DNA from: Octopus vulgaris
Taxonomy: Eukaryota
NCBI GenBank assembly: GCA_951406725.2
Contig: OX597836.1
Span: forward strand, 33,046,001-33,110,000
Direction of reading: 5' to 3'
Length of the DNA stretch: 64,000 nucleotides
Shown: positions 42,642 through 54,682 of the stretch, one piece after another
How the letters are laid out: every line of letters starts with the position of its first letter
How positions within the stretch are numbered: the stretch's first letter is position 1
Notes under the pieces: model-generated
Seen by the model: the letters and a program-made list of their open reading frames with translations, nothing else
What the model was told of the DNA's origin: nothing
Database searches by the model: none
Position numbers and translations under genes: made by a program

Positions 42642-42895
42642 CTCTTACTTTCTTTCTTTACTTGTTTCAGTCATTTGACTGCGGCCATGCTGGAGCACTG
42701 CCTTTAGTCGAGCAAATCAACCCCAGGACTTATTCTTTGTAAGCCTAGTACTTATTCTATTGGTCTCTTTAGCTGAACCGCTAAATTACGGGGATGTAAA
42801 CACACCAGCATCGGTTGTCAAGCGATGTTGAGGGGGACAAACACAGACACACAAACATATACACCTTTACATACATATATACATATATATATACA
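42642..42895 (-). mobile_element. SINE family A 3' half
   Basis: Reverse-complement homologue of 780-1003. Confidence 0.85.
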
Positions 42896-44103
42896 TATAT
42901 CTAATAGCAGTTGTTGTTTAGCTCCAAATCAAATCAGACTAAACAGACCTTCCAGCCTTGGCTATCCTGTCTTTTTCTATTGCTTGGTTTTTGTTTACAA
43001 TCACATTCTATCCAGAATCATCCCATGCGCCTTTCCATTCTAAAGATAGTCGGTTGGAGATTTGGTTGCTATTTCTAGCATGACTTACGGTCATATAAAG
43101 GTACCCCCCTCGTAGTATTTGTATACATATGTATAAGATTTGTTTAGTTCGACTATTCTTGGCAAACCCAAACAGACAAAAAGAAAATAAGAACCAACAG
43201 ACAAAATATAAAAAATAAAAACAGCTATTAAAAATTCTATAAATGGAATTTCTTAACCTTTAAATTTCTTCTAAACCATTTTTGTCTCTAGTCTTTTGTC
43301 TTCTGTCTCCTCACCCCCCCCCCCACCCACCAGCTTATGTTGCTTGGAGGGGAAGACAAGGAGGGTTGAGGGTGCTCTGATATGAAATATAAGCCACATT
43401 CTTCATTCTGCTGCATTTATCTGGACTAGTGACATTTTAAAATACACATGGCAATGTGTAGAGTCACATGAAAAAAATAAATTATACATGTGTGTATGTG
43501 TGTGTGTATGTATGTATATATGCATGTGTGTGTTTACAAGAGTGAGAAGGGTATATACATGCATATGTATTTTTCTCTAAATGAATGTGTGTGCACATGT
43601 ATATATACGTACATATATGTGTGTGTCTGTGTGTGTGTGTGTGTGTGTGCGTGTGTCTGTGTTGGTGTGTGCATGTATATATATATTTACACATACGTAC
43701 ATACATACATATGTACATACATACATACATATACATGCACAGATATGTGTGTGTGTCTGTGTACATATGTGTATGTATGTGTGTATATATCTATATCTAT
43801 ATATATATGAATATGTATATATGTATGTATATATATATAAATATATATGGAGAGAGAGAGAGAGAGAGAGAGAAGGAGGGATTAATTACAGGATTCATTA
43901 GAATCTAAGTGCATCAACCTGTAGGATGCCAGGACTGGCTGGGTACCATAACAGTGAGTTCACAGTGAAGTAAAACAGTAATGAGGTATCATGAGTTGGT
44001 AGTATATTGTAGGTATGTATAGATGGAGGCACCAAATCCACACCCGAAACCAACTCTGAATCAGATCTATCATGTATATAAATATGTGTGTGTGTGTGTA
44101 CAT

Positions 44104-44304
44104 CAGTGCTTTTCAAACTTTTTGCTGGAGCGGAACCCCAAGGAAACATTCCACTGGCTCGAGGAACCCCTGTGCAATAATTTAATAGTCTTATGCATAC
44201 ATATCTGCACAGGAGAATTAAAAATTACTGCCGATTTTAGCAGTTTTGTAACTTCTTGCGGAACCCCTGGACTGTACTGGCGGAACCCTGGTTGAAAACC
44301 ACTG
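44104..44304. mobile_element. hAT-type MITE
   Basis: CAGTG..CACTG TIRs; perfect 8-bp TSD gtgtacat at 44096-44103 and 44305-44312. Confidence 0.9.
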
Positions 44305-44347
44305 GTGTACATATATGTATATATAGTTATTTGTGAGGGATGACCCC

Positions 44348-44673
44348 CATGGCTCAGTGATTAGAACGTCAGGCTCACAATTATGAGGTAGTGAGTTTGA
44401 TTCGCTGACCAAGCAGTGAGTTGTGTTCTTGAGCAAGACTCTTTATTTCACATTGCTCCAGTTCACTCAGCTGTAAAAATGAGTTGCGACATCACTGGTG
44501 CCAAGCTGTATCAGCCTTTGCCTTTCCCTTGGATAACATCGGCGGCGTGGAGAGCGGAGGCTGGTTTGCATGGGTGACTGCTGGTCTTCATTAAACATCC
44601 TTACCCTGACTTGTTCCTCAGAGGGGAACTTTTTCGGTGCAATCCTATAATCATTTGTGATTGAAGGGGGTCT
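44348..44673 (+). mobile_element. SINE family D
   Basis: Homologous to 6087-6414. Confidence 0.85.
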
Positions 44674-45004
44674 ATTTTACTCGTGTGAAGGATTATCAAT
44701 CTGAGCAAAATACTTCATAAGCTCTCTGTTAGTACACCAGGCTAACGATATTGTTCAGATTAGTCAAGAACTCCCTGTATTCTTGTGGCAGAGTCCAAAG
44801 TTATGGTTCATCGCCATTCTATATTGTAAATCCGTGGTTGTGCACCACTTATATTCGTTGTTACAGAGAGTTATATACAAGACAAGATATAAATAATTGT
44901 CATTAAATATTTTTTCCTGTAAGCTGCAAGCCAAGTTTGCTCCAATAAAATTTTAAAATATGTAAAGACCTTTATTTATATCATCTTTAATATATATATG
45001 TATG

Positions 45005-45064
<60 letters not shown>

Positions 45065-45065
45065 G

Positions 45066-45295
45066 CATACTTTATTTAAAAGCAGCAAAAAAGCAGCAAA
45101 AATATCATGAAGCTGTTACTCAGAGTTTCCCATTCCCGTTCATCGTAAACAAAACCGTTCGACGAATGGGAACGTGAAACTCTGAGTAACAGTTCTTGTG
45201 ATATTTTTGCTGCTTTTGAATAAAGCATATTACTCTACCTCTGGTATTCGAGTACTATTTTTTTTCCACCTTGTTTCGCATTTATGTGCTTACTC
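45066..45295. mobile_element. Family H fold-back copy with two hammerhead-like motifs
   Basis: Same arms and tail as 11129-11460. Plus 45155-45192 has core TCGACGA atg-ggaa-cgt GAAA ctctgag TA acag; partial minus motif at 45113-45145. Confidence 0.65.
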
Positions 45296-46225
45296 TTGCA
45301 CATGGCACGTAAAAAGCACCATCCGTCCGTGGCCGTTTGCCAGCTCCATCAGGCACCTGTGCGGGTGGCACGTAAAAAGCACCCACTACACTCACGGAGT
45401 GGTTGGCGCTAGGAAGGGCATCCAGCCGTAGAAACACTGCCAGATAAGACTGGGCCTGATGCAGCCTTCTGGCTTCACAGACCCCAGTTGAACCGTCCAA
45501 CCCATGCTAGCATGGAAAGCGGACGCTAAATGATGATGATGATGATGATGATATATATATATATATATAGGGAGAAAGAGAGAGAGAGAATTAGAGAGGC
45601 AAGCACATATGCATGTGTATATATATAAAACTATATTTACATACATGTGTGTGTGTGTGTGCATGTCTGTATGCATTGTAAAGAATGCAATCAAATTGAA
45701 TAATTAATTAACTTGTTAACCCTCACTCAGAATAATATTCCAGGAGAAATCCTAACCATAATTTACCACTTTTCAAAATCATCTGAAATTGTCATCTGTT
45801 CATGTGCGTGTGCGTCTCTAAATGTTTCTAGTTTTGTAAGTGTGCAAGCATGTATGCATGTGCGTATGTAAGTATGTTGTTTGTGTGTGTGTGTGTGTAT
45901 GTGTGTGTTTTTGTGCATCTATGTTTGTGTGTATTTGAACGGTAGCAATGTAATACAAGATCCCAATATAAATTTCATTATATGTAATTACACAAGTTCT
46001 CTTGTAATATTTAACTCTCCCACTTCAGAATCTTGTAGTGAGTGTGTAAGTTAAAGACGTAATTAAGCTGAAGAGGGTAACTGTTGTTTCTATTACAATA
46101 GACATACATAAGGAAACGAAGTGGCAGAACCATTAACATGCTGGATAAGGTTTCCTAGTTCAGGCTATCTCTGCAAGATTTTCTATAGAAATCAAAGCTC
46201 CTACTGATTTTCTTACAATGTTCAC

Positions 46226-46257
<32 letters not shown>

Positions 46258-46261
<4 letters not shown>

Positions 46262-46439
46262 TCGCCATGATAGATCGTTAGCCGCTACACACATTTTTTT
46301 CTCTCCTTGTTTTTTCTGTGCCCCTTTCTGTAGAAGAGCATAGGCTCGAAACGTAAAAGACTTTTTCTATTCCTGAGCGTTATACTAATACATGTTTGTT
46401 TTGTACACCACCTGTCTTCATCTTTTGTTTTTTTCGTAA

Positions 46440-46447
<8 letters not shown>
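46258..46447 (+). mobile_element. Penelope-like 3' end with hammerhead-like motif (46324-46359)
   Basis: cttt CTGTAGA a gagc-atag-gctc GAAA cg TA aaag. A related diverged copy lies at ~4275-4455. Microsatellite flanks. Confidence 0.55.
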
Positions 46448-46518
<71 letters not shown>

Positions 46519-46967
46519 CTGTGCTTGAGGAGACCTATTGAGTCAAGTACATCAACATCAAAATAAATATCAAATGGAAATTGAAATGGAAATAATGTAG
46601 GTGTCAATTGAGCTTTAAGGTTGATAAATTCCAGTTTTTGTGCCTGTAACAGAGAGAATTATATAGCTATGTAACAACTTTGAGGTATATGAAGTCATTT
46701 TCCTTTTTCTGCTAAAGCAATATATGGAGTTTGGAATAAGTTAATGCAAAGATTTTGATGACAGATGCCAGAGTCACATCAACTTTCTTTTGGTCCTTCT
46801 TTTTAGTCCAGTTTCCATTCGAAATCCACCAATTTGTTGTGAAATACTTTCTAATTAGTTAACATGTAGCATTTTAGTTAAGTAATTAATGAGCATATTT
46901 TGACATTTGGCTTTCCATGTTGTGAGACACACAAGTCAACAAGCTTTCTACATTACTGAGTCTGTCA

Positions 46968-47480
46968 AGATTGTACTTCATGTACTCCATTAATGTATTG
47001 TACCATTGTACTCAATCCTTTTATATCTATATTGCTACCTCCGTCATTGTGGTATTCTTGTACTCCATTCATGTCCTGTACTCTTGAACTCATTTGTACA
47101 TTATTGCCTTTATCATCATTCCATTCATGTACTCCATTTATATTGTACTCTTGTACTTAACTCCTTTCATATCTACTACAAATTACTGCCTCTGTCATTG
47201 AATTCTTGTACTCCATGCATGTCTTGTACTCTTGTACTCATTCTTTTTATATCCATATTACTGCTTCCATTATTGTTTCATTATGTGTTGTACTCTCGTA
47301 CTCAATTCTTTTACGACTACATCATCACTTGCATCATTGTACTCCCTTACCTTTTTCATATCTACATGGTTGCATATCAGAGCTGTACTCTCGCACTCAA
47401 TCCAGTATCATTGTGAAACTCTTGTACTCTTTTTACATCAACTGTATTCTCTTTGTCTTTGCTGTACTCTAGTACTCTTT
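46968..47480. repeat. Degenerate array of TGTACTC-core units
   Basis: tgtactc/tgtact recurs about 20 times with variable pyrimidine-rich spacers. Confidence 0.7.
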
Positions 47481-48799
47481 TTCATATTTAAATTATTTTT
47501 ATATTATATTACATTTACATTCTTCCCTACATTATTATTGAACCTGTCATTGATGTACTTCGAAAGTCCCTAGCCCAACCCTTCCTCGTACCAACAAACC
47601 CTACCATCAGTGCCATGGCCTACATCATCACTAATACTACTAATAATACTACCACAGTTACCACCAACACTACCACCACCACCACTACTGCTACTACTAC
47701 TATAACCTCCAACATTACTATTACCACAAAACAACCACCAGCACTATCACCATCAACACCACTACCACCACCACAACCACTATCACCACCAACACCACCA
47801 CCACCACCACCACCACAACTACTACTGCTACTACTGTTACTACTATTATTACTACTACTATTACTACCACCATCATCACCACCACCACTACCACTACTAT
47901 CACTACAACTGCTACTACTGCTATTACTACCTCTACTGCCACCACCACCACCGCCGCCACCGTCACCACCACCGCCGCCGCCGCCACCACCACCACCACC
48001 ATTATTTAGCTCCATATCTCATGCCAAGACTACTAATATCTTTATATATTTCTCAGTCTGCAGTCACCACTACCACTACTATCACTACAACTGCTACTAC
48101 TGCTATCACTACCTCTACTGCCGCCACCACCACCACCGCCACTACCACCACCACCACCACCACCACCACCACCACCATTATTTAGCTCCATATCTCATGC
48201 CAAGACTACTAATATCTTTATATATTTCTCAGTCTGCAGTGGAATTAAATTCCTTACAGAATAGCAGCAATAAACAGTAGAGCTGTCTCCTCCTCCCCCT
48301 CCTCCTCCCCACACCGCCCCCACCACCACCACCACACCTTTCTTCTCCTCTTCCCTCCCTCCCACTCTTCTTCTTCTTCTTCTCCTTCTTCTTCTTAGCA
48401 TTGGGTAGACCTATCATGTTACACAGCAACCCTAGCTTAGAAACCTAGTACTGTCTCATATTGGTGTCATATTACATGCTCCAGCATGTATGGAGAGAGA
48501 GAGAGAGAGAGAAAGGAGGACGAGAGAGAGAGAGAGACAGAAAGAGAGAGAGAGAAAGCGAGGAAGAGAGAGAGAGAGGGGGGAAAGACAAAGAGAGGGA
48601 GTGACAATCCTCCCTGTTTCCTTTTTTTTATATCTTGCATCTTGTGTGTCTTCATTTTTTTTTCTGTCTCTGTCTCTCTCTCTCTCTCTCTGTCACACAC
48701 ATATGTAGACACACACACACACACACACACACACATGCACTAACATACACACACATACACATACATACATGTTCACAAGTACATTTACATGTATACATA

Positions 48800-49095
48800 T
48801 ATTCTTTTGTTCTTTTACTTGTTTCACCCATTTGACTGCGGCCATGCTGGAGCACTGCCTTTAGTCAAACAAATCAACCCCAGGACTTATTCTTTGTAAG
48901 CCTAGTACTTATACTATCGGTCTCTTTTGCCGAACTGCTAAGTTACAGGGAAGTAAACAAACCAACTACGGTTGTCAAGCGATGGTATGGGGGATTAACA
49001 CAGACACACAAATACATACATACATATACATATATATATATATATATTTATACTATGGGCTTCTTTCAGTTTCCTTTTACCAAATTCATTCACAT
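48800..49095 (-). mobile_element. SINE family A, 5'-truncated
   Basis: Reverse-complement homologue of 705-1003. Confidence 0.85.
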
Positions 49096-49115
49096 GGGTT
49101 TATATATATATTGGG

Positions 49116-49604
49116 AGGATGACCTCCCTTTGCAAATAACACAAGGGCACTGAAATTTTGTGTCTAAGGCCAGCTGGTGACGTTGATCTCCTGGGGCTAA
49201 AAGCATCAGTGACACCCCACCCCCAGTGGCTAGCCACATTCAGATGGCTAGTACACTTTACGTTGTCGAGCGGTTACTGTTTATATCTCGTTCAGAGATT
49301 TATTAATGCTTTCAGACAGTTTTTCTAAATCAGTGACAGTGGTTGCTGTGAAAAACGTTAAATATTATTATTTGCAAGGGTCTCCTTCATCGAAAACCGG
49401 TGTTTACCATGCGTTGACGAGAGGCAATTACCTTGAAACTATAGTCCGTATGTATCACTTAGGTTTTCGAGGAAGGATGACCTCCCTTTGCAAATAACAC
49501 AAGGGCACTGAAATTTTGTGTCTAAGGCCAGCTGGTAACGTTGATCTCCTGGGGCTAAAAGCATCAGTAACACCCCACCCCCAGTGGCTAGTACACTTTA
49601 CGTT
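49116..49604 (+). mobile_element. Retrozyme/Penelope-like non-autonomous element: ~1.4 tandem units of a 340-358-nt monomer
   Basis: Direct repeats 49116-49264 and 49474-49604 differ by an 18-nt indel between tggctag repeats. Hammerhead motif lies between them; (TA)n on both flanks. Confidence 0.7.
49408..49452 (+). ncRNA. Type I hammerhead ribozyme motif (C3U variant)
   Basis: catgcg TTGACGA gagg-caatta-cctt GAAA ctatag TC cgtatg: 6-bp stem I, 4-bp stem II, palindromic stem III, GUC triplet. Confidence 0.75.
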
Positions 49605-49844
49605 ATATATATGTATATATATATAGAAATATTAAATTTCTAAATGTCTCAAAGAAACATGAGCGGTGGTAGAGCGATAGAGTAGTTGTATACTGTCAAC
49701 TTAACGTGACAGTCCCGTATGGGAATTACACCACCGCTGTTTAGCCCTAGGAAGCATCGAATGCTTCCTGTCGGCTTTGACACATTTTCTGTGTCCTTAT
49801 ATTTGTGAAGGGGAGGCAAGCACCCCTACCAGCCAAGATTCACA

Positions 49845-49891
49845 CCTGAGGACATACATGTTTCTGTGTCTTAACCCGTCATCAGCCCAGG
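49845..49891 (-). ncRNA. Type I hammerhead ribozyme motif, canonical core, weak stem II
   Basis: Minus strand reads cctggg CTGATGA cgggttaagacaca GAAA catgtatg TC ctcagg. Confidence 0.65.
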
Positions 49892-50101
49892 ATAGTGAGA
49901 TCTGCTGATTGAGGTGCCCTCTCTATACACCACTGTTAATCACCAACTTACCCCCTCCCACCACCTTTGTACCCACTGTCTTCCTCCACTGTACACCATA
50001 ATTTCCTCAACAATATATAACAGTGTTACTCACCTCGAGCATTACCCATTTCCAGTGCTACCCACCCCCCACTGAATTTCCACAATGTTTATCCAATGTA
50101 A

Positions 50102-50242
<141 letters not shown>

Positions 50243-50572
50243 TAAGTAATTATTCGTAATGGTGGTGATAGTAGTAGTAGTAGTAGAGTTGTGTTCTTTG
50301 ATGTTGACAGAAACATCTTTTATTAGGAGCTGTTGTTATTATTGATTAACCTCAGGGTAGCACTGATCAAACAGACAGGGTCCTCAACGACAGCACCACA
50401 GACCAGTGCAGGGCCATGGACCATTTGGTTCTGGACTGCAAAGAGGCAATAAATTTGTTTAATTTTATTTCTGTTTTATTGACCATTACAGTCTGCATTA
50501 TATATATAATATATATGTATTATATATATATGTAAAAGTCATGTATTATACATGTAATATATATGTATTATA

Positions 50573-50790
50573 TGGCGACAAGCTGGCAGAAATGTTAGCA
50601 TACCGGGCAAAATGTTTAGCGGTATTTCATCTGTCTTGACATTCTGAGTTCAAATTCCGCTGTGGTCAACTTTGCCTTTCATCCTTTCAGGGTTGATAAA
50701 TTAAGAACCACTTGCATATTGAGGTCAATCTAATCGACTGGCCCTCTCCCCAAAAGTTTCGGGCCTTGTGTTTAGAGTAGAAAAGAATAT
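50573..50790 (+). mobile_element. SINE family B variant
   Basis: Family B head and core with the alternative ..gggccttgtg..agaaaagaat tail; similar copies at ~38765-38975 and ~40860-41035. Confidence 0.8.
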
Positions 50791-51077
50791 ATATGTATTA
50801 TATATATATTATATACGTATTATATATATGTACTGTACATGTAATATACATGCATTTTATATATGTATTAGTGAGGGGTGCATGGCCTAATGTTTTGGGT
50901 GTTGCACTCATGATTTGGAGATCCTAAGTTGCGTTGTTTTCTTGAGCAGATCACTTCATCTCACGTTGCTCTGCGATCAATTTGACGCCTGACATGTGAT
51001 AGACCATGCACCTGTTGAGACAATATTGATTTGACGGAGAGAGTGAGCTTAATGTGTGGCACAAACATTTGATCACT

Positions 51078-51491
51078 TAAAGCGGCGGGCTGGCAGAAAC
51101 GTTAGCACGCCGGGCGAAATGCTTAGTGGTATTTCGTCTGCCGTTACGCTCTGAGTTCAAATTCCGCCAAGGTCGACTTAGCCTCTCATCCTTTCAGGAT
51201 CGATTAAATAAGTACCCGTTATGCACTGGGGTTGGTGTAATCGACTTAATCCCTATGTCTGTCCTTGTTTGTCTCCTTTGTGTTTAGCTCCTTGTGGGTA
51301 GTAAAAAAATAGGTATTTTGTCTGCTGTTACGCTCTGAGTTCAAATTCCGCCGAGGTCGACTTTGCTTTTCCTCCTTTCGGGGTCGATTAAATAAGTACC
51401 AGTTGTGGACTGAGGTCGATGTAATCGACTTAATCCCTATGTCTGTCCTTGTTTGTCCCCTCTATGTTTAGCCACGTCTGGGCAATAAAGA
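51078..51491 (+). mobile_element. SINE family B partial dimer under one TSD
   Basis: Full copy followed by a 5'-truncated second copy from ~51312; 18-bp TSD cacaaacatttgatcact at 51060-51077 and 51492-51509. Confidence 0.9.
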
Positions 51492-51731
51492 CACAAACAT
51501 TTGATCACTATAAACAAATTGTTTGTACAGCAAAAGCTGAATACTCATATGTCGTCTTCAACGGGAGAGTCCTTGATATATGTAATAATTAAATGATATA
51601 TTATGCGCTTTATTGTGTTTTGTAATGTATGTGATCTGATCTGCAATATTACCTTCTAAGAAACTGGTCCATAATGCCTAAAACGGTCGAGGACAGTTGC
51701 TCAAAGCCATTTCATCAGCGATGCTATAAGA

Positions 51732-52149
51732 CAGTGCTGAATTAACCATTAAGGAAAATAAGCACGTGCTTAAGGCATCAAGGGAAGGGGGAGACCACAG
51801 AAATGGTAAATGGTTTACGGCACAAAAGAAATCACTTTAAACTTGCTATAATAATATTCGGGATGCCTTTATCTCTACTAAGTATAGATGCAGATGTGTT
51901 ACCTAAGATTAATTTTGAGGATCTGATCAAAGACTTTGCAATTCAAAAATGTTGGAGAAAACTTTTGAGATATAAATAAAATGGAAGTAGACAAAAATAA
52001 TCATTATTTTCCCTCTTACTGTTTTATTTTGTTTTGAAAAATTAAAAATTTATTTTATGGTTTGTTATTGTTTGAATTACATAATCTTTTATGGGGGCAC
52101 CAAAATCTTTTAAGTGCTTAGGGCCTCAATGGGTCTTAATCTAACTCTG
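51732..52149 (+). mobile_element. Internally deleted hAT (Tip100-like) transposon
   Basis: 8-bp TSD ctataaga at 51724-51731 and 52150-52157; CAG..CTG ends; remnant LSLLSIDADVLPKINFEDLIKDFAIQKCWRK resembles the hAT C-terminal dimerisation region. Confidence 0.85.
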
Positions 52150-52977
52150 CTATAAGACCATATTTTTGTATATCAAGGACAATATTTGTCCCTGATATAT
52201 ACTTCGTTGAAGATAGTATGCTGTGGTTTGAATTTGGGAAACTTGGCTGCTATTTCTTCTAATCACATAAAACCTCCCTCATCAGCAAAGAATTCATTGT
52301 CAAGAGGTGATTTGTATAGTAATCAATAGTTGAATGTCATCTGATTTCTGATTATATCTTTCATTATATAAGTAATATATTAAAGTCTTACTTAAAGTAC
52401 AGGGGCCACACACATAGTTAGCCACTCCATTATGTTTGTTCTTCTGGAAAGCTAACTGATGTATGGACTAACTATCATCTTATCAATAAGAATGTACAAC
52501 CACACATTATTTTCTCATATAATTGGCAGTGTTTCAATTTCTCTCTGTTTGTCCATTCCCCAAACAAGATAACTCTATAACTGATACCAGATATTTTGTT
52601 TAGCTGCATCTGATGGAAGTTAGCACCTTCAGGTTGCACTGGTGTTTCTATAACTTAAAACTGCATCTAGTTGTGGGGCCCTGTTTCAGGAGTTCCTAGC
52701 CACTGTTGTTCCCAGGTCTACTCTGACCCAGAGTAGTAGCACCTGTCAGGATCCCAGCTATGGATTAATAAGCATAATAGGGATTGCCTGTCTGTGCATG
52801 TGAAGACTGAATCCAGTAGATTTTGCAGAAGAAACCTCCATGGTTCAACAGAGAGGGAAGGTAGCTGCAGTGACACATTGTGGAAAGTGGAGAAAAAGAT
52901 GAAGCAAATAAAACATCTTGGTCATCCACTGTGTCTGTCACCATCTCCAATCATCTTGACCTGGTCTTGTCACTGAC

Positions 52978-53790
52978 TTAACCCTTTCGCATTTAAACCA
53001 GCCATATTCTACTTGCTTTATGTACAGACTGACCATGTTCAGCCTTTCACACTTACCATACAATGTCATTCTGAAAATAAACAAGGAAATCATTAAAAAT
53101 CTCAACACAAAAAGAAAATGCTTGATTAATTCAAAATAATGTGAATAAATAAGCATTACATTTGACAGAGAGTAATCTGAATGCTGAAGGGTTAACCTTT
53201 TCGTTAACATATTTCTGTTGAGATACTCTGAGTTTCTATCAATTAACTTTAAATAACAAAGAATTTAGTAAAATAACTTAGTTATCATTCAGCTAGTGTT
53301 AGGAACTTAAATTGTGACTAAATTTTGTGGAAGATTTTAATTCAAAACTTTTGAAAACAAGACATTTGTACTATAGAGCCAGAGGCGGTTTCAGCTGGGT
53401 TAGTATCGAAAGAGTTAGATAATTCCCTGGTAGAGCATTAATGATTGCTAAGAATGTTTTCAAAAAATTTGGCTGCTATTTTTAGCAGTCAAGTGACTGT
53501 AAAGAAAATTCATTTTGAACTGATGTCCTCTTAAACCTACACAACATTGATATTACTTAATCTTTAACCCTTTTGTTACCATATTTATTTTGAGATGCTC
53601 TGTTTCTTTCAATTAATTTCAAATATAACAAAGAATTACTAAAATAACTTAGTTCTCATTCAGCTAGTGTTAGGAATGTAAATTGTGACTAAGGTTTGGT
53701 GGAAGATTTTTATTCAAAACTTTTGAAAACATGACATTTGTACTACAGAGCCAGAGGCTGCTTCTGCTGGGCTGGTATCGAAAGGGTTAA
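52978..53790. mobile_element. Cluster of three TTAA MITEs (G 52978-53195, F 53192-53418, F 53564-53790)
   Basis: ttaaccctt..aagggttaa termini; the first two share one TTAA. Confidence 0.8.
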
Positions 53791-54014
53791 TGGTTGTCAC
53801 AGACAAGAGAGTAAGAATGGTGGTGCACAACTCTTCTTCTATTTATACAAAAATCACCACACAAGTCATCAGTCATCCTAAAAGATGACTAGATGTTCCT
53901 CATCACTCTGACAGATGAACATCTATGACCAGGTCACCAATATTTTATTCCACTAAAACCTGATGAAGGGTACCTCCTATAGACTGTGGTGGTATATCTA
54001 TGACATGGTCATTA

Positions 54015-54325
54015 GTGAAGGCACATGGCTCAGTGGTTAGGTGTATTCAGTTCACAATTGTTAGGTCGTCAGTTCAATACTCAGTGATGCATTATGTCCT
54101 TCAGCAAGGCACTTTATTTCACCCTGCTCCAGTCAATTCAGCAGCCAAAAATGAGTACCTACTATATTTCAAAGGGCCGGCCTTGCCACACTCGCTAAAT
54201 CTCCCCGAGAACTATGTTAAGAGCATACATGAGTGTTGAGGTTCAGCCACTCGCTGGGTAATTTCATGAGCAGGGCTATTCGATTGATCAACCCAACTGG
54301 AACCCTTGTTGTTGCAATCTGTTAC
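54015..54325 (+). mobile_element. Family D head with the tail shared with the 27412 copy
   Basis: ..tttcaaagggccggcctt..ctccccgagaacta..cagccact..aatttcatgagcag..ttgatca..aactggaa. Confidence 0.7.
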
Positions 54326-54501
54326 GACATGGTTTCTGGTACCTGTCTGACAGAAGTCTGTGATTGGTCTGTTCTTATAGGCTAGGGGACAACATCTGGT
54401 TGTCTCTCAATGCTCTTCCATTCGTGACACCCTTTTCTTTTTAAATCTTCTTCATCCAAAATCTTTCAACACTTTAATCTTTCTCTTTCTTCATTTTCCA
54501 G

Positions 54502-54682
54502 CCGGCCAGACTCATCATTTATTTGGTTTCTCAACCCACTGAAATCAATCCGGTACATTCTATGGCACAACTACAAATGGATGATCTTGAAGATTATCAT
54601 CTTTATCCTGCTTGTTTTAGTGTTGGCTCTATTTTTCTATTCCATGCCTGGTTACACAGTCAAGAAGATGATGGGTGCGTGA
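54502..54682 (+). CDS. OTOF: Otoferlin terminal coding exon with TM anchor, [59 protein letters not shown]
   Basis: ttctctttcttcattttccag acceptor at 54501. Phase fits the previous exon (AA+C = Asn). Ferlin_C motif WFLNPLKS, hydrophobic TM segment and otoferlin-type PGYxVKKxxGA* end; TGA at 54680-54682. Confidence 0.95.

Larger units (their letters stand above)
50376..51699. mobile_element. Old hAT-like element carrying nested SINEs
   Basis: Imperfect ends cagggtcctcaac / gtcgaggacagttg; no clean TSD seen. Confidence 0.45.
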
